A DNA stretch of 63,862 nt, filler included. It is 5 parts of 5 records of this genome, joined end to end, with 100 filler letters (N's around TTAATTAATTAA, not from the genome) between each part and the next. Parts side by side here need not be neighbours in the genome. Positions count along the whole stretch, not along the records: positions 37,214 to 45,769 come from SRR31156797_4229; positions 45,870 to 57,617 come from SRR31156797_4243; 3 more parts are not named here. One strand, given 5' to 3'. Position numbers and translations under genes: made by a program. The stretch's first letter is position 1, and each line of letters opens with the position of its first letter. This document shows positions 39,899 through 48,803 of the stretch, in pieces. The notes beneath the pieces are model-generated. The model was not told the origin of the DNA. It searched no databases and saw only the letters and a program-made list of their open reading frames with translations.

Positions 39899-40141
39899 AT
39901 GACTGTTAATAATGGAATAGATTTTGAAATAGAATCAAAACATTTGTTTGAGGCTTTAAGTATTGAAGGATTAAACAGACACCATATTATTTATGATGAA
40001 TATGAAGAAAAGATTATCATTGATATTGATGAAATAACAAATGATAATGAGGAAGAAGACTACTCATTTCTTACTGATATTGATAAAGGAATATTTACTT
40101 ATGGAACTTGTTCTGTAGTAAAACCTTATGAGAATATGTAG
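39899..40141 (+). CDS. Hypothetical small acidic protein
   Basis: 80 aa, AAGGA RBS, strongly D/E-rich. Confidence 0.7.
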   Translation: MTVNNGIDFEIESKHLFEALSIEGLNRHHIIYDEYEEKIIIDIDEITNDNEEEDYSFLTDIDKGIFTYGTCSVVKPYENM

Positions 40142-40148
40142 AAGAAAT

Positions 40149-40203
40149 GCTTTAGGCTAACTAACCCAATAGGGATATTTGATTATCCCTATATGGGATA
40201 ACT
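40149..40203 (+). repeat. Intergenic hairpin element C
   Basis: GCTTTAGGCT then CCCAATAGGGAT-loop-ATCCCTATATGGG-ATAACT. Confidence 0.7.
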
Positions 40204-40229
40204 ATATTCCTTTTATTAAAAGGAAAATT

Positions 40230-41489
40230 ATGGAAAAGATATCAGAAGCTGCATTAAATGTACTTAAAAATGTAACAATTGATGAAAAAGCTTTCAAGGT
40301 AAAATTAAATAGTGGTGAATTAGATAGAAAACTATATAAAGAAGTAGATGAGGTTTTTAATAGATTAAGAGGAAAGTGGAATAAGAAATCAAATTCTCAT
40401 ATATTTGAAGAAAATCCAAAGTCACTTATAGAAGCAATTCTTCAAACTGAAGAAATGCCTCCAAAAAATCCAACTGCATTTTTCCCAACACCTAAATCTT
40501 TAGTAGAAGATATGTTTAGAATTGCAGAGTTTACTGATTTATCAACTTGTGAATATATAGAAGATTTTCGTATCTTAGAACCAAGTGCAGGTAATGGAAA
40601 TATTGCAAAATATATAAGAGAGATTGCTCCAAATGCAACTTTAGATTTAGTTGAATATTTACCATTAAATCAAAAATTATTAGAGAAAGAAGGTTTCAAT
40701 CCTATTTGTGGTGATTTCTTAGAATATAACAAAGATTATTCTACTAAATATAACTACATATTTATGAATCCTCCTTTTTCTTTAGAACACGATAAGAAAG
40801 CATATATTACTCATATAAATCATGCTTTAAAAATGCTAAAGCCTTCAGGTACATTAATTGCGATTGCTCCTTGTGGCTTTCTACATAATAGTACTAAAAA
40901 AGACAAAGACTTCTTTAATCTAGTTGCAGAACATGGACGTATTTATAATAATGAGAAGGACTCATTTAAAGGTTCAGGAACAAATGTAGATACAGTAACT
41001 ATAGAGTTAAGTACTTCTGATTGGAGGTCTAAACCTTATAGTGGATATAAAAACTATTTTGTATTTTCATTAATACTTTATCTACTAAATAACGATATTA
41101 AATATGCACAAAAAGCTGAAAAACTTTTTAATTCTAAAGAATTTCCAAAAGATAAACAATTTGAAAATTTGATTGAAGACTTAATTAAAAGTCTTATTAA
41201 AACTGAAGAATTGATTTCTTGGAAATATATGGATTTATATATAGAAAGATTAAAAGAAGTGTGCGTAGAACATAGAGTAGAAAATGAATTATATATTCCA
41301 GATGAATTAAATAATTATGTTTATGATAATGAAATTGAAGAAGAGAAATCAAAAGAAGAATTTACAATATTTATTCCAGAAAGTAAGAAAACTAAAGATG
41401 AAGTTTCAGGAAAAAATATTGTAGTAGATGAAAATAAGTTAAATGAAATAATAAAAGAGACTGGTTATTTTCAACCTGTACTTTTTTAA
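40230..41489 (+). CDS. Orphan N6-adenine DNA methyltransferase
   Basis: FFPTP, ILEPSAGNG, CGDFL, FMNPPF; start at MEKIS after AAGGA. Confidence 0.85.
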   Translation: MEKISEAALNVLKNVTIDEKAFKVKLNSGELDRKLYKEVDEVFNRLRGKWNKKSNSHIFEENPKSLIEAILQTEEMPPKNPTAFFPTPKSLVEDMFRIAEFTDLSTCEYIEDFRILEPSAGNGNIAKYIREIAPNATLDLVEYLPLNQKLLEKEGFNPICGDFLEYNKDYSTKYNYIFMNPPFSLEHDKKAYITHINHALKMLKPSGTLIAIAPCGFLHNSTKKDKDFFNLVAEHGRIYNNEKDSFKGSGTNVDTVTIELSTSDWRSKPYSGYKNYFVFSLILYLLNNDIKYAQKAEKLFNSKEFPKDKQFENLIEDLIKSLIKTEELISWKYMDLYIERLKEVCVEHRVENELYIPDELNNYVYDNEIEEEKSKEEFTIFIPESKKTKDEVSGKNIVVDENKLNEIIKETGYFQPVLF

Positions 41490-41505
41490 TACCAAAAGGA
41501 AAAAA

Positions 41506-41877
41506 ATGAACAACAAAACATTAAAATTTGAAATACTTGAAGAAGAAATTTTAAAAGATATTTTAAATAAATCAAAAATTGGTCCAATAGAAACTGATGT
41601 TTTTTTAAAAACATTTCCACTTGTAGAATCAGAAAATGAAGAAGAAAAGCATTTTGATACTGCAAAACAAGTAATAGAATTTCTAAATAATCACAACATT
41701 AATAGTGAAGAACATTATAAATATGTATTTACTTGTGTTGATGGAGATTCAGGAGATTTAATCTTAATAAATGGATGGCATTTTTGTAATCGGTTATTTT
41801 ATGTAGTATCAACAAAAAGTTGGAGTACAGGAGATAAGGATAAAGATTCAGAAGTTTATATTGAAACAATGTATTAA
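41506..41877 (+). CDS. Hypothetical protein
   Basis: 123 aa, AAGGA RBS; NGWHFCNRLFY segment. Confidence 0.7.
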   Translation: MNNKTLKFEILEEEILKDILNKSKIGPIETDVFLKTFPLVESENEEEKHFDTAKQVIEFLNNHNINSEEHYKYVFTCVDGDSGDLILINGWHFCNRLFYVVSTKSWSTGDKDKDSEVYIETMY

Positions 41878-41885
41878 TAAATAGT

Positions 41886-41955
41886 GTTGCCTAAAAGGCT
41901 AGTATTTCCCATTAAGGGAGTTTAGGATTTTCTAACTCCCATTTGGGGATTAGTC
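41886..41955 (+). repeat. Intergenic hairpin element D
   Basis: GTTGCCT-aaa-AGGCT then CCCATTAAGGGAGTT-loop-AACTCCCATTTGGGG-ATTAGT. Confidence 0.7.
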
Positions 41956-41975
41956 TGTCCTTTTAAGGAAACAAA

Positions 41976-43868
41976 ATGGTTATGAAAAATGATTTAGTAA
42001 ATAATACTATTGATTTAGAAAATAAAGCAATAGGAATTATTCAAGAAAACTATTTAAACTCAAAAGAAACAAAAGTTTGTTTAGGTTTTTCAGGAGGAAA
42101 AGATTCAACTGTAACCCTAGATTTAACCCTTAAAGCAATTATGGATTTACCTATTTCTAAAAGAACGAAACCTATATATGTTATTTACAGTTGTACAGGT
42201 GTTGAGCTTGACCCTGTTGATGTGGTAGTAAATTATCATATTGAAAGGTTTGAGAAATTTGTAGAAGAAAACAATCTACCTTTTTATTTTAAAAAAGTTA
42301 AACCTGCATTAAAACATACCTATTGGTCAATTGTTATAGCAGCAGGTGGTATGCTTTTTAGAAGTGACAAAAGAGATTGTACTACAAAGATGAAACTTAT
42401 ACCTCAACAAAAAATGATGATTGAAACATTTACTAAAAAGATTGTTGAAGAGTCTTTATTTGAAGATGATATAGCAGTTGAAAAGGTAGTTGGTAAAATC
42501 AAATATTTAGGAATTATGGGTGTTAGAAAAGAAGAGTCAGATGATAGAAAAAAAAGAATAGAAAAACATTCAGTGCAAGGTGCAGAAAATCTTATGGATT
42601 TTGATAATCGTACTACTATTATACCTATTTCGGATTGGAGTACTTCAGATGTATGGAATTATTTATATCTAAGAACTTTAGATTGGGTTGATGGATATGC
42701 ATTATCAAAAATTTATGCAGAGTCTTCTGGGCAAGGAAGTAATGAGTGCAACACTATTGTAAATGGTAGCGAAGAGGCTAAAAAACCAGGCTGCTCCATG
42801 TCAGGAAGACACGGATGTTGGGTTTGTAGCTTAGTATTAAATGAAGACAAAGCTTTGCAAAGCTTAGTGCAATATTATCCTTATATGAAACCTTTAAAAG
42901 AGTTTCGTGATTGGCTTGTAAATACATACACTTATGCAGATTGGAAGTATAGAGATTTATATAACCATAAGGAGCATAAAAGATTAATGTATAGACTTGA
43001 TACTAATCATAGAAGTGGCATGGTTATTCCTGGTGGATACACTTTGGAAGTTAGAAAACTTATGCTTACAAAACTTCTTGAAACAGAACAAGCAGTGCAG
43101 CAATATGAGGGTAAAGAGAATATGCAGCTAATAAGTGATGAAGAGCTTAATTATATACAAGAAAGATGGTTTAAAGAAGGTGACTATAGATTTACAGCAA
43201 AAGAAATTGCAAATAGATTTAATAGGAATGTTTCGATAAAAAAAGATTTAGAGGATATGGCAAGAACAATTAGTTATTTTGCAAAAACTTTTAAATATTC
43301 AACTTCATCATTTGCTAATGATTATGCTCCTGATAGTAGATTTAGAAAAGATGATTTGTTTAATTGGATTCCAATTGGACTATTTTCTTCCAAACACTAT
43401 GATAGGTTTGTAACTCAATTAGCTATTCAGATGAAAGAAGTATATAAAGATAAATGGATTAGTAAGTACTTGTTATTGCTTTTCCCTAAAAAAGAAAAAG
43501 AATACAAAGTTGTTCTACAAGTAGTGAAAAAATTAAAAATCTCTGTGATGTATTTTCCTTCAATAAGAGAAGAAGAATGTTTAAGGTTTGAACATAGTGA
43601 AGATAAAGTAGATTATCTTAATTTTGTGGATCAAATGGAAAGAGATATGAAAGCAGATGAAGAGGAATTTGGATTATTTAATTTTGAATTTAGTGAAAGA
43701 ACCACTCCCAAAGGATGGTTTGAAAGTAAAGCTAAAAAGTTTCAAGAATTGTATAAAGATTTTTTTGAAGCATATATGTATGGTATAGAAAATCAAATTA
43801 CTGATTTTTTAGATAATCCATTAATCCCATATAAAGAGAAAGATAAAATTATTAGCACATGGTACTAA
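41976..43868 (+). CDS. DndC-like PAPS-reductase family protein
   Basis: PP-loop FSGGKDS, RDCTTKMK, GVRKEES, PISDWSTSDVW, RHGCWVC, EDKAL, GGYTLEVRK. Confidence 0.8.
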   Translation: MVMKNDLVNNTIDLENKAIGIIQENYLNSKETKVCLGFSGGKDSTVTLDLTLKAIMDLPISKRTKPIYVIYSCTGVELDPVDVVVNYHIERFEKFVEENNLPFYFKKVKPALKHTYWSIVIAAGGMLFRSDKRDCTTKMKLIPQQKMMIETFTKKIVEESLFEDDIAVEKVVGKIKYLGIMGVRKEESDDRKKRIEKHSVQGAENLMDFDNRTTIIPISDWSTSDVWNYLYLRTLDWVDGYALSKIYAESSGQGSNECNTIVNGSEEAKKPGCSMSGRHGCWVCSLVLNEDKALQSLVQYYPYMKPLKEFRDWLVNTYTYADWKYRDLYNHKEHKRLMYRLDTNHRSGMVIPGGYTLEVRKLMLTKLLETEQAVQQYEGKENMQLISDEELNYIQERWFKEGDYRFTAKEIANRFNRNVSIKKDLEDMARTISYFAKTFKYSTSSFANDYAPDSRFRKDDLFNWIPIGLFSSKHYDRFVTQLAIQMKEVYKDKWISKYLLLLFPKKEKEYKVVLQVVKKLKISVMYFPSIREEECLRFEHSEDKVDYLNFVDQMERDMKADEEEFGLFNFEFSERTTPKGWFESKAKKFQELYKDFFEAYMYGIENQITDFLDNPLIPYKEKDKIISTWY

Positions 43869-43875
43869 TTTTATA

Positions 43876-43938
43876 GTTGCCTTAATAGGCTTATCATACC
43901 CAAAGAGGGTTTTATATTAATCCTCTTTGAGGATTGAT
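43876..43938 (+). repeat. Intergenic hairpin element E
   Basis: GTTGCCT-taat-AGGCT then CCCAAAGAGGGTT-loop-AATCCTCTTTGAGG-ATTGAT. Confidence 0.7.
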
Positions 43939-43957
43939 TTGTTTAAAAGGAAAAATT

Positions 43958-44296
43958 ATGAAAAAATGTATTATTTGCGGTGGAGAACTTATAAAAGAAG
44001 AAACAGGACTTGCTGAATTTACTTGTAAAGATTGTGATTGTTTACAAACATTTTATAGTAGAGAAGTAGAGATTAACTCAAATATCAGTTTTTATTTAGC
44101 CAACTATGGAACAGAAAAAAATATTGAAATTTTTCAAGACTATGAAAAGGCAAAAAAAGAGAGTATAGATAATTTAGTTTATCAAGCAATTCTTAACCAT
44201 TCTCATGTTTATTTTGATATTAATCTAAATGGTTGGAACTATGAAGATAAATTTGATTTATTTTTAACAACTCCATTGTTAGTAGGAGATAAATAA
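43958..44296 (+). CDS. Hypothetical protein with N-terminal zinc-ribbon motif
   Basis: CIICGG...CKDC; start at MKKCI after AAGGA. Confidence 0.7.
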   Translation: MKKCIICGGELIKEETGLAEFTCKDCDCLQTFYSREVEINSNISFYLANYGTEKNIEIFQDYEKAKKESIDNLVYQAILNHSHVYFDINLNGWNYEDKFDLFLTTPLLVGDK

Positions 44297-45522
44297 TGTG
44301 TTGTTTGATAGACGAACCAAAAACAAATAAAAAGAAACAAGTATCAGCTCTTGAAACAATTAAAAAACATTTTGATGTTGTTAAAGTAATTGAATACGAA
44401 GATTATGATGTATTGGAATGTAAGAATGTAGTAAAGAAACTAAATGCAGGATGTATTCAATTTGAGACTTGGTTAAATTTAAAAATCAAGAAAAACAATA
44501 TTGAAGACTTTTGTAAAGAAGTTCTTAAATATAAAGATAAACTTTTTAATAATACTACATCAAAAACACTTGTACAAACTTCACTCTTTGAAGATGATGT
44601 ACTTACAACTAATAAATTAACAATCAAAGACTTATCATTTTGGCAATCATTGAATGATTATTACATATATGATTACGATAATTATATTGATGATATCCCC
44701 CAAACAAATGAAGAAATGATTGAAATTGTAAAAGAATGTCTAACTAAGTATGTTAAAAATCCAGAAATGAAATTTGAAAAGTTTTGTTTTAATGATGACT
44801 ATAGCTATTTTAGGACAAATGAACCTATAAGTGATAGAGAAATGTTATCAAGACTTTACAGCTCTATTAGAATTTATTTTGGGATATCTACATATGTAGA
44901 AGAGACGTACACTATTGATTTATCTAATGAGGTAAGACAATTACACTCAATAGGTGATAAAAATAAAAGATTTTATGCAGATTATTATGGAACTGATTAT
45001 GTAATTAGTTTTGATGATGAAAAATCAAAAGTTTATGACTTGTACGATAAAGATTTTTGTACTTGGCTTAGAGAACTTTTTAATATTCCATATAGAAAAC
45101 CTTTAGAAGATATTGAAGTAATAAAAGAGGGGCTAGTTAATTTCTCAAAAAGATTTTTTGATGAGGATAACTCTTTAGAATCATTTATTGCTATCTCAAA
45201 AGATGCTAAAGATTTTAGAAAAAATATCTTCTCTTATTTAAGAAAAGATTCTTCTAAATTTTCAGGTCATAGTGGAGGTGGTTGTGGACCACTTGATGAT
45301 TGTTATAGTGTAAATTATACATATGACATTAATGATCTAGCTATTGTAATTACTCAGTTAAATACTTATAGAAAACAGTTAGGTAGAGAAACTGAAGAAA
45401 ACAATGATATCTGGAAAAAAGATTCAACTTGCATTTTAAATTTAAAAGGAAATGAAGTGTTTGAAGGTATGTATACATACTTATCAAATAAACTAACATA
45501 TAAACAAGCCACATTGTTTTAA
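44296..45522 (+). CDS. Hypothetical protein with putative beta-clamp-binding motifs
   Basis: 408-aa ORF with AGGAG RBS; internal QTSLF and C-terminal QATLF. Confidence 0.75.
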   Translation: MCCLIDEPKTNKKKQVSALETIKKHFDVVKVIEYEDYDVLECKNVVKKLNAGCIQFETWLNLKIKKNNIEDFCKEVLKYKDKLFNNTTSKTLVQTSLFEDDVLTTNKLTIKDLSFWQSLNDYYIYDYDNYIDDIPQTNEEMIEIVKECLTKYVKNPEMKFEKFCFNDDYSYFRTNEPISDREMLSRLYSSIRIYFGISTYVEETYTIDLSNEVRQLHSIGDKNKRFYADYYGTDYVISFDDEKSKVYDLYDKDFCTWLRELFNIPYRKPLEDIEVIKEGLVNFSKRFFDEDNSLESFIAISKDAKDFRKNIFSYLRKDSSKFSGHSGGGCGPLDDCYSVNYTYDINDLAIVITQLNTYRKQLGRETEENNDIWKKDSTCILNLKGNEVFEGMYTYLSNKLTYKQATLF

Positions 45523-45538
45523 AAAAGGATAAAGAATT

Positions 45539-45730
45539 ATGGATTATATCAAAGAATATAATGAAGTTTATACTCCTAAAGCACAAATTGCAAAGAGAAT
45601 GATTAAAGATGGTTTTGACACAAGTGCAATAGTAGCTGAAATAAAAAAGATTAGAGAAGAATTAAATATCAAGAGAGATATTACTCCTTCAGAAATTGTC
45701 TCAGCTCTTGCTCGACAATTAAAAAAATAA
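45539..45730 (+). CDS. Hypothetical small protein
   Basis: 63 aa, AAGGA RBS. Confidence 0.65.
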   Translation: MDYIKEYNEVYTPKAQIAKRMIKDGFDTSAIVAEIKKIREELNIKRDITPSEIVSALARQLKK

Positions 45731-45741
45731 AAAATAAATAA

Positions 45742-45769
45742 GTTGCTCATTTTGAGCTAACCCACTAGG
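45742..45769 (+). repeat. Intergenic hairpin element F (5' half, cut by contig end)
   Basis: GTTGCTC-atttt-GAGCT-aa-CCCACTAGG. Confidence 0.65.
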
Positions 45770-45869
45770 NNNNNNNNNNNNNNNNNNNNNNNNNNNNNNN
45801 NNNNNNNNNNNNNTTAATTAATTAANNNNNNNNNNNNNNNNNNNNNNNNNNNNNNNNNNNNNNNNNNNN
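45770..45869. other. Artificial contig spacer
   Basis: N44-TTAATTAATTAA-N44. Confidence 0.99.
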
Positions 45870-45870
45870 G

Positions 45871-46545
45871 GATAAAAAGAAAGTTGAAGAGTATTTTGAA
45901 ATTATGAGAAGAAGTATGGGGTTTTTGCAAGGTTCAACTGATACTTCAGAAGCTCAAGAAGAATCCTTGTCAGATTTTCATGCAGATAAAAGTGATTCTG
46001 GTAGTGGAGATGATAATGGACAAAATACAGAAGCTGCTGATATTTCACAAAAAGTTGAAGAGGTAACTCAGGAGTTTAATGATATTAGTGAAGATCCCAA
46101 TCAACAAGTAGAATTAACTATGAAAGGAAATAATGAATTTACCCTTGATATCCCTTCTAGTTTAATGTTTGAAGAGGGTGACTATCAACTTGATAATCCA
46201 AATGCAAAAAGATTTATTACAAAACTAGCAAATGTATTAAGAACGATGACTAATCGATTTGATATAGAAGTAAGTGGTCATACAGCAACAAATTATTTGC
46301 GTACAGGTGGGATTCCTAGAGATTCATGGGATCTTTCGGCATTACGATCAATTGCCGTAATAAAAGAGTTGATAAAAAACAGAATTGATCCTGCTATTTT
46401 AAAAGTAAGTGCTTTTGGGTCATATAGACCTAAGAGTGATAATGCTTTTGAAAATCGAAGAGTAGAGATTCGTTTTGTCTCTTCTAGTGAAAATAATAGT
46501 AGAATGGCGCAAGAAGAAAATTTTTTTGATAGAATAGAAAACTAA
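45871..46545 (+). CDS. motB: Flagellar stator MotB-like protein (OmpA domain), 5' truncated
   Basis: VSGHT, WDLSALRS, AFGSYRP, NRRVEI; flagellar context. Confidence 0.8.
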   Translation, partial: DKKKVEEYFEIMRRSMGFLQGSTDTSEAQEESLSDFHADKSDSGSGDDNGQNTEAADISQKVEEVTQEFNDISEDPNQQVELTMKGNNEFTLDIPSSLMFEEGDYQLDNPNAKRFITKLANVLRTMTNRFDIEVSGHTATNYLRTGGIPRDSWDLSALRSIAVIKELIKNRIDPAILKVSAFGSYRPKSDNAFENRRVEIRFVSSSENNSRMAQEENFFDRIEN

Positions 46546-46560
46546 AAGTGGAGGTTTCAC

Positions 46561-46863
46561 ATGGAGATAACGAATCAATTTGTTGATATAAACACACTTA
46601 GACCAAATAAACTACAAAATTTAAAAAGTGAAAATCTAAAATTAACAGAAGATAACGCTTTAAGAGATGTATGTAATGATTTTGAAGCATTTTTTATGAA
46701 CCAAATATTAGAAACTTCACTAAAGTCATCTAACATTGCAGGTGAGGGAACAGGATCAGATATTATTAAAAGTATGTATACCGATGCATTATCAAGAAAT
46801 TCTGCTGGTACCTTAGGAGTAAGTGATATGTTATATAAGTTTTTAAGTGAGAATAAAAAATGA
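46561..46863 (+). CDS. flgJ: Rod-binding protein (short FlgJ)
   Basis: LRDVCNDFEAFFMNQIL...LGVSDMLY. Confidence 0.75.
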   Translation: MEITNQFVDINTLRPNKLQNLKSENLKLTEDNALRDVCNDFEAFFMNQILETSLKSSNIAGEGTGSDIIKSMYTDALSRNSAGTLGVSDMLYKFLSENKK

Positions 46864-47237
46864 TAGAAGAGATAATACAACAGTTAAAAGAAACAACTAA
46901 TACTTTATATAGTGCTATAGTTGATGATATTGAAGATGTTAAAAAAGCAAATCATGAAAGTTTAGTTTCACGAAATAGTGTAAAGTTAGAGCTTATGGAT
47001 GCACTAAAAAACTTAAAAGAGGAGCTCAATGTTCAATTGGCTGCTGAATATAAAGATGGTAAAGATATCTCAGTATATAAAGAAGCAATAGATGAGTTAG
47101 AATTAGATCTAAGACAATTATATGAAACAAATGGAAAGTTAGCTTCAATAGTTCTTCCAGTAAAAGAGATGTATAAAGAGATCATTGATGAGATCACAGA
47201 GAAAAATGGTGGTAGATTGATAGATCTAAAGGCATAG
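46860..47237 (+). CDS. FlgN-like helical flagellar chaperone
   Basis: All-helical 125 aa, DIEDVKKANHE motif, coupled to flgJ. Confidence 0.5.
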   Translation: MIEEIIQQLKETTNTLYSAIVDDIEDVKKANHESLVSRNSVKLELMDALKNLKEELNVQLAAEYKDGKDISVYKEAIDELELDLRQLYETNGKLASIVLPVKEMYKEIIDEITEKNGGRLIDLKA

Positions 47238-47245
47238 TTGTATTA

Positions 47246-47650
47246 ATGAAATTATTAATGAAATCTTTTTTTTTACTTTTGTTGTTTTCTTCTAGTTTAT
47301 TTTCAGTACAATTAGTACCCATGTCAAAAAAAGCTATTAAATACAAAGAAAAAATATATTCTCATGATGTATATTTTATAGAGGCATCTGAAAAATATTC
47401 TTGCAAAGAGTATTTGGTTCCAAGTTTATTAAAGCAAAATCTCTATTATGCTAGAAGATATATTCAAAAGAATAGAGCAATTTGTGACAAAGATGCCATA
47501 TACAAACAAAAAAATACAATACAATTTAAATTTGGTAATGTGATTATTGAAAAAGAGGGTGAACTTTTAAAAGAAACTGATGAATATATCAAGATTAAGA
47601 ATAGTGATGGTAAAATAATTAAGATTTATAAAGATGGAAAAACTAGATGA
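47246..47650 (+). CDS. Secreted flagellar protein, possibly a truncated FlgA-like chaperone
   Basis: Signal peptide; C-terminal IKIKNSDGKII resembles the FlgA C-terminus. Confidence 0.45.
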   Translation: MKLLMKSFFLLLLFSSSLFSVQLVPMSKKAIKYKEKIYSHDVYFIEASEKYSCKEYLVPSLLKQNLYYARRYIQKNRAICDKDAIYKQKNTIQFKFGNVIIEKEGELLKETDEYIKIKNSDGKIIKIYKDGKTR

Positions 47651-48786
47651 AAATGCTCTCATTTTTGGGTGAGACCCCTACAATAGCACTGCAAAAGGCA
47701 CAAAAAGAGTGCGGCCCAGACGCAGTAGTTATCTCAACAAAAAAAATCTCTAATAAAGGGAAAAATAGTGAAAATATGTATGAGATCACTGTTGCTTTGG
47801 AAGAAGAGTACGATAAAAGTATAGAGGCACCATCAAAAAAAGTGATTCAAACATCAAGTAGTGATGGAAGTTATAGCGCACAATTTTATGACTTTAAAGA
47901 GCAGATAGAAACTATGCAAAGATCTTTAGCAGAAGTACAAAGAACTTTGTGGGAGCCTAAAAGTCAATTATACGATCTTACAATACCACCTGAATTTAGT
48001 ACTATATACAATCTTTTTGAGGATAATGAGTTTGATCCAGAGATGACTTATAGTATTATGAAAAAAACTATAGAACAGCTTCCTGTCACAATGAAATCAA
48101 ATCCTAAAAAAATAGAGAATTTTTTTAAGCTGATCTTACGTAGGATTATTGCTATCAAACATGAAGTTCCAATCCGAATACATCAAAGAAAGATTATGAT
48201 GTTTGTAGGACCAACTGGAGTTGGGAAAACTACAACTATCTCAAAATTAGCTGCTAGATATGCATATAAACTAGGAGTAAATTATAAAGTAGGTATTATC
48301 ACTTTAGATTCTTTTAGAGTAGGAGCTGTTGAACAGTTACGAGCTTATACTAATATTATGAGACTTCCACTTGAAGTTGTAAAAAAACCTGAAGAGTTAA
48401 GTGAAGCAATTTTACGGTTAAAAGATTGTAACTATATTCTAATAGATACTGCTGGTGGAAGTCAGTATGATATGGATAAGATTGAACTTATTAATCAGTA
48501 TCAAGAAAATGCAAAAGATATTCCAATTGAGAAGATGCTTGTTTTGCCAGCAAATGTGAAGACAACAGATCTCTATGAGATTTATAATAGTTACTCAACT
48601 TTACATATCCATAACTTGATCTTTACAAAGCTTGATGAAACAATTAGTTATGGAAACCTTATCTCTTTTGCGCATAAAACTAAAAAGTCAATCTGTTATC
48701 TCTCAGTTGGACAAAATGTTCCAGATGATTTACATGTTGCATCTAGTGATTATATTATTGATCGTTTTATGAATAAAAATAAATAA
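47647..48786 (+). CDS. flhF: Flagellar biosynthesis GTPase FlhF
   Basis: GPTGVGKTTT, DSFRVGA, IDTAG, TKLDET, GQNVPDD. Confidence 0.95.
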   Translation: MKMLSFLGETPTIALQKAQKECGPDAVVISTKKISNKGKNSENMYEITVALEEEYDKSIEAPSKKVIQTSSSDGSYSAQFYDFKEQIETMQRSLAEVQRTLWEPKSQLYDLTIPPEFSTIYNLFEDNEFDPEMTYSIMKKTIEQLPVTMKSNPKKIENFFKLILRRIIAIKHEVPIRIHQRKIMMFVGPTGVGKTTTISKLAARYAYKLGVNYKVGIITLDSFRVGAVEQLRAYTNIMRLPLEVVKKPEELSEAILRLKDCNYILIDTAGGSQYDMDKIELINQYQENAKDIPIEKMLVLPANVKTTDLYEIYNSYSTLHIHNLIFTKLDETISYGNLISFAHKTKKSICYLSVGQNVPDDLHVASSDYIIDRFMNKNK

Positions 48787-48803
48787 TAAAAGGCAGAATT
48801 ATA

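Larger units (their letters stand above)
37214..45769 (+). mobile_element. Fragment of a plasmid/ICE/phage accessory (leading-region-like) gene array
   Basis: All genes co-oriented, orphan MTases, solo DndC-like gene, short hypotheticals, no housekeeping genes, repeated intergenic elements. Confidence 0.65.

Noticed and set aside
37585-43938. Elements as ordinary intrinsic terminators
   Set aside because: Only copy B has a U tract; C, D and E lack one and share extra conserved features
37214-45769. Intergenic elements as a CRISPR array or canonical integron attC sites
   Set aside because: Copies are kb apart and not identical; no consistent RYYYAAC/GTTRRRY pair; no cas or intI gene on the contig
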